DNA of 64,000 nucleotides from Chloroflexota bacterium (GTDB lineage Bacteria; Chloroflexota; Anaerolineae; B4-G1; SLSP01): NCBI GenBank assembly GCA_019873725.1, contig JAIOAS010000001.1, positions 40,257 to 104,256 of the forward strand, read 5' to 3'. Shown piece by piece: positions 44,194 to 52,845 of this stretch (position 1 is its first letter; each line of letters starts with the position of its first letter). The notes under the pieces were generated by a model. It saw only the letters and a program-made list of their open reading frames with translations, ran no database searches and was not told where the DNA came from. The position numbers and the translations under genes were made by a program.

Positions 44194-47052
44194 GGAGACG
44201 ACCACCCGAAAACCGAAGTTCCAGTTCCCGTAGTACGGGAGGTTCCAGTTGCGACAGGCGCAGCGGGCGTTGTAGCGATTGAAGTGGAACGCGCCACCCC
44301 GCAACACACGGGCGATCCCATCTCCCGCTTCCAAGTCCTCCCGCTTATCACCTACTCGGTATGGATATTTGAAATCTGCCTTGTTCCAACCCTTACCCCA
44401 CAAACTCCGTGTCCACTCCCACACGTTGCCCACCATATCCAGACAGCCAAACGGCGACACGCCTTCCGGGAAAATCCCCACTGGTGTTGTGTCCCCTACG
44501 CCCAACTCGGCTGAATTGCAATATCCCTCTTTCCAGGTATCTCCCCACGGATATTCGCGTTTATCCACTGCACCCCGTGCCGCCTTTTCCCACTCCGCTT
44601 CACTGGGAAGATGCACGATGCAAGAAGCAGGAAGAAGAGACACTTCTTCAAAACCCCCGTCGCGCCGCACCCGTATCTTGCATCCTGCCTCTTGCATCTT
44701 TTCGGTCAGCCAGCGACAATAAGCTATTGCGTCGTGCCAGGTCACGTTCACCACCGGATGACTTTCCAGTCCGCGCGGAACTTTGCCGTTCTCCCAATGG
44801 TCTGGCGCTTCGTACTGACGCGCTTCTACAAAGAGTCGGTACTGCGTGTTTGTGACGGGAGCTTTGGCGATCCAGTAACGCTCAAGATGGACTCTGTGCA
44901 CAGGCTTTTCGTTATCGCCGCCTTTCTCACTCCCCATCCAGAACTCTCCTGCTGGAATCTCCACCCACTCCGGCTCGCCATACGGCATAGTCCAGTAACC
45001 TGCCCCGGCGCGTGCTAAAGCTTCCATCGCCGCGCCGCGTTGTTCTACCCAAGCTCTCGTCCCTAGCTTGCCTGCCAAACGGCTCCAGGCCGGGCGGGGT
45101 TTTTCCAAATCCCGGCGCAACTGGCGCTGTACCTCGGCTTCCAGTTCACCCTCCACCCGGCTACTGCCCACATCCCGTAGCATCTCTGCCGCCAGGATCA
45201 GGTTGTGGTAGGGCATCGGCTGGCGCTTGCACCCGGCAATCTCCCGCACCAGGCGCGTCGTCCGCTCACGGCTCTGTGTGCTCAAATAACCAGCTTGCAG
45301 CAAAATCGCCTCGCGCCACCAGGGTTCCCCACAGCGCGCCAGAGTATAGGCCACGTAATCATCCCGCGCCGCCATTCCAAGCGCCGCCAGATACTCCTGA
45401 AAGGTCAGGTGGCTAAAAGCATACACACCTTCGCCACGCGCTACGAGCAGTCCGGTGCGTTCTTCGACGACGTGGAGAAAACGATCCACGGCCTGAGAAG
45501 CCTGGCGCCACTCCAATCCTAGTTCGTGGAAGTATTCCCCCAGCAGGCGGCGCAGGTCATCAGCCGCCATTTCCTTCTGTTGTGCTTCGTGCATCGTTAA
45601 CGCAATACGCTGCAACAACAGCTTTTTGTCACCTGCGTCAAACGGGCGGTCGGTCAGAATAGGCGTTTCTTGCACGCCGCGCGCTTCGTCCCACTTGCCG
45701 AGCAATACATCTATCGCTTCAGCATAGAGTTCAGCCCGGCGATCGGGTAACTTTACCCGGTCCCGATGCACCAGGGCTATCACGGTCAGCAGCAGTGGAT
45801 TGAGCGCCAGTTCACGCACCCGCGCGTTGGTTTGGATCGCGGTGAGTAATTGCTGCGTCTGCGCCTCGGCGCGTGTCATCGCACTCTCGCCGGGTCCCAT
45901 TTCGCCCACGGCTACCGCCAAATGCCAGTTGCGCAAGAATTGCGCGATGTCCGCGTCGGTGAAGTCGCGCACGGTGGTCACGGTGTAATCGCCGCCCAGG
46001 CGCGCCGGGCCAGTGTACCCCACGATCCGGCTGGTGACGATGAATCGGCACGTTGGGTAGGCCGTGGTGATAGCTTCTACCAGGCGCGCCACCCGTCTGC
46101 GTAAGTCGGGGTCCGCCACTTCATCCAGGCCGTCGAGCAGCACTACAGCTTTGCCGGATTCCAGATAGGGGTCAAAGAAATCCCCAGGCAGATGCACACG
46201 CTCTCCGGCAAGCATTTGGCGCAGGTATTCGACCAGCAAGCCGCACCCTTCAGTCCCTTCCTCGGCAGGACAATGCGTTTTGATATACGCCGCCAATCGG
46301 CGTAAAGGGATGAGCACCGGCAACAAGCCGCTTTCGGCAAGCCCCAGGCGCGTGGCGAGCAGGTTGTCGCCTTCGGCCATCGCGCGGGCGTAGAGCAGTG
46401 TCAGGTAGCGCAGCAGTGTGGTCTTGCCGCTGCCAGGATCGCCCAGCACGACCAGGTGCAGGTGTGCATCCAGCGCCTCGTTCACGCTGACCGTGACGGT
46501 CTCGGTGTGCGATTGATCGGCGACCGCAAACCCTTCGCGCAAGCCCAAGTCCAGCCGACGAGTAGCAAACTCGCCCGGCGCGTGGCGCATTTCCTCGGCC
46601 AGCCATTCTTCCTCGGCGCTGACCACGCGTTGGCGGGTGGCACGCAACGTCACGTAGATTTGCTCAAGTTCGATGCTCACCAGCTTGCCGCCAGAGCGAA
46701 TGCCCTGTAGGGCCAGGTAGCGGTTTTGAGCGATCAGATGTCGCAGGTAGCGCGCCAGGGCTGAGGCCGGGTCTACGGCGGGCGTTTCCACTGGAGGCTC
46801 GCCCACAATGACTCTGGCCCCTTCACCGGCAATAATGATGTGTCCACCGATGTTGGTTTGTTCTTTCACCTGCTGTTGCTGTTGATCGAAGACCACGCGT
46901 GCCGGTTGTGCTTGCTCTAGCGCTGCTATCTGCGCCTGCATAGGAGCCAACATCTGCGCGATCATCTCTGGCCTCAGACCTGGTGTTGCTTCCAGTTGGC
47001 GGCGCGTGGCTTCAAGGGTTTGGCGTAAGGCTTGTGGCGTCAGCTCACTCAT
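44167..47052 (-). CDS. NACHT-family STAND NTPase with C-terminal FGE-sulfatase domain; DGR target 2 (paralog of 39291..42041)
   Basis: P-loop HLVVLGDPGSGKTTLLRYL. FGE-sulfatase C-terminus. N-terminal Q-rich motif VVFDQQQQQVKEQTNIGG. Start set at MSELTPQ (ATGAGTGA overlap with the stop of the upstream 160-aa gene). Confidence 0.8.
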   Translation of the reverse strand: MSELTPQALRQTLEATRRQLEATPGLRPEMIAQMLAPMQAQIAALEQAQPARVVFDQQQQQVKEQTNIGGHIIIAGEGARVIVGEPPVETPAVDPASALARYLRHLIAQNRYLALQGIRSGGKLVSIELEQIYVTLRATRQRVVSAEEEWLAEEMRHAPGEFATRRLDLGLREGFAVADQSHTETVTVSVNEALDAHLHLVVLGDPGSGKTTLLRYLTLLYARAMAEGDNLLATRLGLAESGLLPVLIPLRRLAAYIKTHCPAEEGTEGCGLLVEYLRQMLAGERVHLPGDFFDPYLESGKAVVLLDGLDEVADPDLRRRVARLVEAITTAYPTCRFIVTSRIVGYTGPARLGGDYTVTTVRDFTDADIAQFLRNWHLAVAVGEMGPGESAMTRAEAQTQQLLTAIQTNARVRELALNPLLLTVIALVHRDRVKLPDRRAELYAEAIDVLLGKWDEARGVQETPILTDRPFDAGDKKLLLQRIALTMHEAQQKEMAADDLRRLLGEYFHELGLEWRQASQAVDRFLHVVEERTGLLVARGEGVYAFSHLTFQEYLAALGMAARDDYVAYTLARCGEPWWREAILLQAGYLSTQSRERTTRLVREIAGCKRQPMPYHNLILAAEMLRDVGSSRVEGELEAEVQRQLRRDLEKPRPAWSRLAGKLGTRAWVEQRGAAMEALARAGAGYWTMPYGEPEWVEIPAGEFWMGSEKGGDNEKPVHRVHLERYWIAKAPVTNTQYRLFVEARQYEAPDHWENGKVPRGLESHPVVNVTWHDAIAYCRWLTEKMQEAGCKIRVRRDGGFEEVSLLPASCIVHLPSEAEWEKAARGAVDKREYPWGDTWKEGYCNSAELGVGDTTPVGIFPEGVSPFGCLDMVGNVWEWTRSLWGKGWNKADFKYPYRVGDKREDLEAGDGIARVLRGGAFHFNRYNARCACRNWNLPYYGNWNFGFRVVVSPPREAPAL
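44194..44314 (-). other. DGR variable region VR2 (3' end of the NACHT-FGE gene 44167..47052)
   Basis: Aligned to TR. Differences occur only at TR adenines (coding strand). The VR2 peptide AFHFNRYNARCACRNWNLPYYGNWNFGFRVV compares with VR1 AFFDDRIYARCAFRFRYYPLNWFRLIGFRVV. Confidence 0.85.
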
Positions 47053-47527
47053 CGCGCCCTCGCTCTTTCCCGGCAGTGCGATAACTTCCGGCCACGTTGA
47101 TCTGCGTCCCCACCACCTGCTGCCCGCGCTGGTCATAGATGATTGTGGTCGCGGGCGGCTGGACGGGCGGCGCAGCGCCGGGCGCTGCCGCCGCGGGCCG
47201 TACATTCGAGTGTACCACAGCGGCAACTTCCTCCGCTAACGCCGCCAGTTGCTCCCGGCAAGCATCGCCAAGTGGCGTGTTCTCGGCCAGGACGCGCAGC
47301 AGCAAGACCAGGGCGTTGTCGCCGTTCGGGTTTGCGCGTGTGCTCAAGGCGTCGATGACCGCCCGTACCCGTTCCACGCGGTTGCCTGCTTCGGGGAGCA
47401 GGTCGCGCCACGCGCTCAAGCGGGCATCGACAAAGAGAGGGCGCAGCGTACGGTCGCTGTCGAAGGGCCCGCAGCGCAAAAGCGCCGCCTGCACACGTCC
47501 GTAGAGGTCTCCGGGAATACCATCCAT
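47045..47527 (-). CDS. Bell/EAD-like helical domain protein with C-terminal Q/N-rich amyloid-signalling-like motif
   Basis: N-terminal ~90 aa align with the STAND N-terminus (aa ~230-320 of 55050..58745) and the C-terminus of 54433..54978 (shared segment GDNALVLLLRVLAE). C-terminal IIYDQRGQQVVGTQINVAGSYRTAG. Stop overlaps the start of the NACHT-FGE gene. Confidence 0.55.
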   Translation of the reverse strand: MDGIPGDLYGRVQAALLRCGPFDSDRTLRPLFVDARLSAWRDLLPEAGNRVERVRAVIDALSTRANPNGDNALVLLLRVLAENTPLGDACREQLAALAEEVAAVVHSNVRPAAAAPGAAPPVQPPATTIIYDQRGQQVVGTQINVAGSYRTAGKERGRDE

Positions 47528-47589
47528 ACGTCATTACCTCCCGTGTTTAATGAAGAACTACGCATTGAAGTATAGACATTTTAGCAAAG

Positions 47590-47631
47590 TTGGCAAGCAA
47601 AAAGAACCGGCTACTGTTATAACAGTGGCCG
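47590..47631 (-). terminator. rho-independent terminator of the 1316-aa gene
   Basis: ccggccactgtt-ata-aacagtagccgg hairpin (1 mismatch), followed on the minus strand by UUCUUUUUGCUUG. Confidence 0.6.
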
Positions 47632-47652
47632 GGCGACGAGCTGCCAGGGTTT

Positions 47653-50600
47653 TCATCCTCTCCCCACAATCCGCTCCAACTCCGCGTCCGCCGGCGGCAC
47701 AATCCCTGAAATATCCACGAACTGGACCGGAAAAATCTCCATTTCACTTTCCTGGTTCAATGTCTTGCGTGTCCGCCGCACATAGCCGACCCCCGTGGGC
47801 ATATTGAGCACACTCAACGTCCACTTCGAGTAGTCGTCAAGGCTGGTCTTGCCCGGCAAACGCCCGGCTTTCGACACTGCAATTTCGGCGTCCTTCACCG
47901 TGCTGACCTTCTGGATAATCGCAATGCTGCTCGACGTGACCACGCCGGACGGCAACGGCTCCCAATGCTGCGCCGACGTCCACAGGTACAGCCCCAGCTT
48001 GCGCCCGCGGTCGGTGATGTTGTTCCACAACCCTGCATCCTCACCGATGGCCTGGGCGATTTCCGTCTGAGTCGAAGCGTCCGAGCGCATTACCACGTGG
48101 GCTTCCTCGACAAAGAGCAAGTGCTGTGGAATCGCCTTGCGCCGCCGCAAGTAGGACTCGTAGCGTTCGTCCGCGTGCTGGTAGATGCCAGACACCATCA
48201 GGCCAATGATGAACTGCTTCAGCGGTCCGTCATCGCCGAATTTCCCGGTAATGACCGTGGCCTTATCGGGGGCTGTCCAGTCAGCCACCGTTGTGCCGCC
48301 CGGCTGCCCGAAGGCGCGGTAGTAGACCCCCTTGGGCAGGAACTCTTCCAGCTTGTCGATGATGCGCTTGACCACGCCGGCCGTGATGTTGTCTTTGTGT
48401 TCTTCGCTGAGGGCTGTGTAACGGGCGACCAGGGCGGTGTGCAAATCCTTCATACACAGGTTCGCCGAACGCTCCGGGTACACACTGCCGTCTTCCCCGA
48501 TGACGCCCCCCGTGCGGTAAGCGTCCAGCAGCGCGCCCTTGAGCTGGTGGAAGCCGGTCGCTCCGGCGGGATACGCCAATAGCCAGTGCTTGGCGAACGC
48601 CGCCGCCCACTTCGCCGGATGCAAATACGGGCTAGGAATGCGCAACGGGTTGAACTGCAAGGGATAGTCCCACGGGTCGGTCAAGGAGTAAAACTGGAAG
48701 TCCTGCGCCGAGATCAGTTTACCCAACTTGCGCCATTCCCCGGTCGGATCGAAGACCGTCACCCCGATGCGCGGCGTCCCGCCCAGGTTCAGTGACGTGG
48801 CCGGCCCCGTGGTCGGTGCGGGGATCGGGATACCGTGCTCATCCTGACGCAGCGCATTGACGACCTGTGAGACAAACCACAGCGCGGAGTTGGACTTGCC
48901 GGAGCCGGAATCCCCGACGATGACCGCGTGCATTAACTCGTCGGCGCGGAAACGATGCACGTTGTTGGGATCGGGGTGCAAGTTCACGTCCAGCACCGTG
49001 CCCAACGCGATTTCCCCCTGGGTGCGCCGGTGCGACAAGTCGTCCGGCCAGGCATCCAGCGAGGCGGAAATTGTGCCGTCCGAGATGCGGATCGGGTGGA
49101 CGAGCGCCGCCAACTCGTTGGCCGTCAGTGTTTGCGCGTGGCGCAGCGTATCAAACGGCCCGGCGTCTTCCGTGCGGGCGTCGAAGTCCAGCGTGATGGC
49201 CCGTTGCCAGAGGTCTTTGTCCCCGGCGCGCGCGGCGACGGGCACGACGACGTTCTCCTCACGCATCGCCGCAATGGACGCGGCGGCTAACCGTTCCAGC
49301 CGAGCTGCGTCAGGGGCCAGCAGTGTCACCTGCGTCAGGAACAGCCCCGTGTCCAGCCCCGCGCTCAAGCGTCGAACCTGCTGGTCGAGTAGTTGTGCCA
49401 CCAGGTCGCGCTGCGCGTCCACGGTCTGCCGCGCGAAGGCCAGGCCCGCCACGAGTGAGCCGCCGGACGGCCCCATCACGCCGCGTGTCGTCACCTGGGT
49501 CGTGCCCATATTCGCCACCGTTGCCCCGACCTGTTCGGCGGCCTGGGCCTGCACGTACTCGCGTCCCTCGCCGATCATCGCCTCCTGCCGCGCTTCGGCC
49601 CCATCCACCTGCTCCTGCGAGTTGCGGTAGCCGTCAAAGGACTCACTGCGGAAGCCGTTGACGAAGCGATGAGTCTCGCGTTGCAGGGCGCGGTCGGCCA
49701 CAACCGTATCCTGCTGCGAGAGATGCCCACTGCGCTGCCCGGTTTCGGCATAGCTGCCGCCAAAGGTGCGGGCAAAGTGTTCGACACCTTGATAGCCGTC
49801 GCGGGTGGCCTGCTGCCAGGCTGCGTTCTGATCCACGGCGCTTTCCCAGGCGCGCTGCGCCTCACGGTCGGTATGGCTGGCGTCCTGGTAGGCTTCGCTG
49901 TAGCCATACGCGGTCTGACTCGACCGTACCCCGCCGCCGCTGCGCCATTCCGACGTCTGCACCGTCTCGTTGCCCTGCCAGGTCTGGCCCAGCGCCTCTT
50001 GTTGGTTGCCGCTGCGGTCATAGGAGGTATCGGCCTGTTGGATTCCGCCCGTGAGTGCACTCTGTTGGTTACTCCGGTCGGTGTCCAGGCTACCGGTGAC
50101 GTCGGCCAGTTCGTGGTCGCGGGACTCGTACAGATTGCCGCGTTCCCCGGCCTGCATCGTTTCACCCCCGCCAATACCAAAGAGGCGCGGGGAAAGGCTG
50201 CCTTCGACGCCCTGTTCAGCGTAGGTCTGCATCTGCGCCCCGTCGCCCTGTACGGCGCTTTCCGTGTTGCGCACAAAGCCTTCGCTGCTCGCCTCGTTGC
50301 TAAACCCGATTTCGGCCTGTTGGTAGTCGCCCTGGGTGTGCTCGTTGCCCGCGCCGCTGAACGACCGCTCGGTCTGTTCGTTGTAGCCCCCTTCCCAAGT
50401 GCGGCTACTGCCTCCGGTATAACGTTCGCCAACGCTGAAGTTCTCGACGCTGGAACGACTTCCGGCCCCGGAACGCACGCCACTGACCCGTTCGTTGATA
50501 CTCTCGATGCTGTACAACTGGCCCGTCTCGTCGGTGTGCTGCTGGCGGTTGCCTTGTTGCGTCGCATCGCGCGCGCCCTGGGTTTGCATCACGCCGGCCT

Positions 50601-51603
50601 CGCTGCCACTGTAGGAACGGGAGAGACTGTAGTTGTCAGCATAGTCGCGTTCCAGGTTGACCTGGCTTTCTTCGTGTTCGTTGATGCGTTCGCTGATGCG
50701 CTGCCTGTCGGCGTAGGCGGTGTTTTCCTGCCCCTGATGCGCCTCGTGGCTCGCGGTCTCACGACGATAGGCGCTGACTGCATCGGACTGTCCGGCGGCC
50801 AGGCGATGGGCGTTTTGTTCGGTACGCAGGCGTTGGTCGGCCCGCGTCACCTGCGTCGCGCGATGCGTCTGCTCGCTGAACACCGCCACCGGATTCAGGA
50901 ACAGCGGTAGCACCGCACTCACGTTGGCCGACTCGCTCTGCTTCACCTTGGAGGCGAAGTAGCTCAGGGCTTGGGCAGTGTCGGCCAGCATCCGGCGGAT
51001 GTCCAGCGCGTGCAAGGGATGCGCCAGTGTCAGCACGGCGAACGGCTCCCCGGCCAGCGCCGCAGCGATGACTTCGAGCTGTTCTTGCGCGTCGGTGGTG
51101 ACCAGTTGGTTGATGCCGTGGCTTGATCCCATACCTGGGGCAAGGCGCGGCACGATCTGACCAATCAGGGAAGCGGTGTAGCGACAAGTCCACAAGTGAT
51201 TGTACAAGGCCGAGGCTTCATCGGCGGATAGCAAGGTAAAGCGCGACTGCCGGAAACGCCCTTGCAGCGCCGCAACCAGGCGCGCCGAGTTGAGCGCGGC
51301 GGCTTGCACAGCCTGTTCCTGGGTCGCTGCCGTTGCCACTCCACCGTAGACCTGGACGAGGCCCAGTTCCGGCACATTGGCCAGGCCAAAGGCGGCAGCC
51401 GTGTTGCGCGCGCCTTGTGGGTCATACAGGCTGCTCACCACATCGTCGGTGAGTTCCAGGTGTGTCCGTGCATGGCGGTAGGGCTTGCGCAGGATGCGTA
51501 GCGCGTGTGGCGACCACGCCCGCCATCCGTCAGGCAAGGCCCAGGCATAGGCGTGCAGCGATGCACCGTCGGGGGTGAGGGTCATTGAGAAGGTGTTGTC
51601 CAT
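47653..51603 (-). CDS. HerA/FtsK-superfamily P-loop ATPase with a very long Q/S/G/E-rich disordered central region (1316 aa)
   Basis: C-terminal Walker A HAVIVGDSGSGKSNSALW and Walker B-like HLLFVEEAHVV. ~450 aa of low-complexity sequence lie between an N-terminal globular region and the ATPase. Confidence 0.5.
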   Translation of the reverse strand: MDNTFSMTLTPDGASLHAYAWALPDGWRAWSPHALRILRKPYRHARTHLELTDDVVSSLYDPQGARNTAAAFGLANVPELGLVQVYGGVATAATQEQAVQAAALNSARLVAALQGRFRQSRFTLLSADEASALYNHLWTCRYTASLIGQIVPRLAPGMGSSHGINQLVTTDAQEQLEVIAAALAGEPFAVLTLAHPLHALDIRRMLADTAQALSYFASKVKQSESANVSAVLPLFLNPVAVFSEQTHRATQVTRADQRLRTEQNAHRLAAGQSDAVSAYRRETASHEAHQGQENTAYADRQRISERINEHEESQVNLERDYADNYSLSRSYSGSEAGVMQTQGARDATQQGNRQQHTDETGQLYSIESINERVSGVRSGAGSRSSVENFSVGERYTGGSSRTWEGGYNEQTERSFSGAGNEHTQGDYQQAEIGFSNEASSEGFVRNTESAVQGDGAQMQTYAEQGVEGSLSPRLFGIGGGETMQAGERGNLYESRDHELADVTGSLDTDRSNQQSALTGGIQQADTSYDRSGNQQEALGQTWQGNETVQTSEWRSGGGVRSSQTAYGYSEAYQDASHTDREAQRAWESAVDQNAAWQQATRDGYQGVEHFARTFGGSYAETGQRSGHLSQQDTVVADRALQRETHRFVNGFRSESFDGYRNSQEQVDGAEARQEAMIGEGREYVQAQAAEQVGATVANMGTTQVTTRGVMGPSGGSLVAGLAFARQTVDAQRDLVAQLLDQQVRRLSAGLDTGLFLTQVTLLAPDAARLERLAAASIAAMREENVVVPVAARAGDKDLWQRAITLDFDARTEDAGPFDTLRHAQTLTANELAALVHPIRISDGTISASLDAWPDDLSHRRTQGEIALGTVLDVNLHPDPNNVHRFRADELMHAVIVGDSGSGKSNSALWFVSQVVNALRQDEHGIPIPAPTTGPATSLNLGGTPRIGVTVFDPTGEWRKLGKLISAQDFQFYSLTDPWDYPLQFNPLRIPSPYLHPAKWAAAFAKHWLLAYPAGATGFHQLKGALLDAYRTGGVIGEDGSVYPERSANLCMKDLHTALVARYTALSEEHKDNITAGVVKRIIDKLEEFLPKGVYYRAFGQPGGTTVADWTAPDKATVITGKFGDDGPLKQFIIGLMVSGIYQHADERYESYLRRRKAIPQHLLFVEEAHVVMRSDASTQTEIAQAIGEDAGLWNNITDRGRKLGLYLWTSAQHWEPLPSGVVTSSSIAIIQKVSTVKDAEIAVSKAGRLPGKTSLDDYSKWTLSVLNMPTGVGYVRRTRKTLNQESEMEIFPVQFVDISGIVPPADAELERIVGRG

Positions 51604-51635
51604 ATCAAGTACCTCCGTTGTGATTGGGAAAAGCT

Positions 51636-51700
51636 AAAACGTAAAACGTGATGCGTAAATTTCGGATTACGTTTTACGTTTCACGCTTTACGACTGGCGT
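51636..51700. repeat. palindromic intergenic element (ACGTAAAACG family)
   Basis: aaaacgtaaaacgtgatgcgtaaatttcggattacgttttacgtttcacgctttacg. Confidence 0.75.
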
Positions 51701-52089
51701 TTAATCTGCTGGATGACGTTCTGGCTCTGCATCCGCCCGCCAAAGAACGGCGTGAGGCGGTCCCAGAACAGGAAGCGCAGGACGTAAGCGTAGAAGCCGA
51801 TGGCCGACATCACGGCAAAGCCCAGCAGCCACACCGAGATGCCGTAGAGCGTCGTCGCGCCCGGCTCCGGTGTCCCGCTAACCAGCAACGTAGCAATGCG
51901 GTAGGCAAAGAGCAGGCCGGCGTTGCCCGCGAGGAAGAAGTAGACGTAGTTCGTGGTCGCTGCGCGGTCGTCGGGCTTGAAATAGGCCAGCGCCAGCGCC
52001 GCGCCCCACATCGGGGCCAGAACCCAGCGCAGTGCGCCGGGGGCCAGGACAAGGGCCAGAATGTGTAAGGCCAGGATCAAATATGACAT
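51688..52089 (-). CDS. small polytopic membrane protein (4 TM), hypothetical
   Basis: Hydrophobic segments throughout. Lies downstream of leader RNA copy 2. Confidence 0.5.
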   Translation of the reverse strand: MSYLILALHILALVLAPGALRWVLAPMWGAALALAYFKPDDRAATTNYVYFFLAGNAGLLFAYRIATLLVSGTPEPGATTLYGISVWLLGFAVMSAIGFYAYVLRFLFWDRLTPFFGGRMQSQNVIQQIKRQS

Positions 52090-52177
52090 TGTGTGAATCC
52101 TCCTATGTATGAGTGTTTTCGACAGGCTTCACCGGATAGTGCCTCTCTCCATCCTGTGCATCCTGTCAATCCTGTCC

Positions 52178-52343
52178 AAGAAAACGAAAAAGGGGAGGAC
52201 GCGGGATAGTTCCCGTGTCCTCCCCTTTTATTCTCCGCGCGGTGTTACCCGGTCAGAGCGCCGCAGGCTTGGAGGTTCCTGCGGTTTGGAGCCGAAGCCC
52301 CGGACTTTTCGCGCCTGGATGGTGATGCTGTATCCAGGTGTTG
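52178..52343 (-). ncRNA. candidate structured leader RNA / small RNA, copy 2
   Basis: Bounded by the promoter at 52351-52380 and the terminator at 52187-52229. Core CGCGAAAAGUCCGGGGCUUCGGCUCCAAACCGCAGGAACCUCCAAGCCUGCGGCG is conserved with copy 1, with loop-only variation. 5' hairpin CCUGGAUACAGCAUCACCAUCCAGG. Confidence 0.5.
52187..52229 (-). terminator. rho-independent terminator / attenuator hairpin (same stem as 38546-38590)
   Basis: AAAAGGGGAGGAC-loop-GUCCUCCCC, followed on the minus strand by UUUUUCGUUUUCUU. Confidence 0.7.
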
Positions 52344-52350
52344 TACATCT

Positions 52351-52380
52351 ATTATACCATATTCAGACCTTGAATTGCAA
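52351..52380 (-). promoter_or_regulatory. sigma-70-like promoter (TTGCAA-18-TATAAT) on the minus strand
   Basis: Reverse complement reads TTGCAA ttcaaggtctgaatatgg TATAAT. Confidence 0.55.
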
Positions 52381-52445
52381 GGGGAAATCGCCTTGATTTT
52401 AATCTCGCAACAGGCCGTTTTCTCTGACCGGGATCAAAAATGTAA

Positions 52446-52829
52446 TTATTCTTCTTCCCCAGCCAACTCCGTGCCTTTGCGAAAGGCCATCAAACTGGCG
52501 TCGCGAATGCCCTTCATCAAGCGTTCATCTTTTTCCAGCAGGGCGTACAACTCTTCACGGCTCAGAATTGGTGATAATGCGATCTTCATTGTGTGCGTTT
52601 TGGCTTTTCCCTGCCCACCGGTGGCCGAGCCTTCGAAGACTTGCGGAATGGATATCTTCAGACCTGTTTCAGCCTCGTAGGAGAGTTCCACGGCAATTTC
52701 CAACTCAACTTTATCCACAAAGAAAACCGGATAAGCGGCTTTGCCATGTGCGGTGGTTCCCGCATAAGGTGAAAACAAGTCGCTTTTTACTTTCTCAATG
52801 AGGTCCTGGAAGGTGATTTCTTTAGTCAT
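52446..52829 (-). CDS. small protein co-encoded with the CHAT protease (possibly Trypco2-like), hypothetical
   Basis: 127-aa ORF 16 nt downstream of the CHAT gene. Any 'Trypco2-like' assignment is a guess from context only. Confidence 0.4.
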   Translation of the reverse strand: MTKEITFQDLIEKVKSDLFSPYAGTTAHGKAAYPVFFVDKVELEIAVELSYEAETGLKISIPQVFEGSATGGQGKAKTHTMKIALSPILSREELYALLEKDERLMKGIRDASLMAFRKGTELAGEEE

Positions 52830-52845
52830 CGCAAACTCCTTTCAG

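Noticed and set aside
47653-51603. Possibility that the Q/S/G-rich 1.3-kb middle of the 1316-aa gene is a misassembled repeat or non-coding region
   Set aside because: The region is low-complexity but not exactly repetitive. It stays in frame for >1300 codons and is flanked by well-formed domains, so it is more likely a genuine disordered linker.
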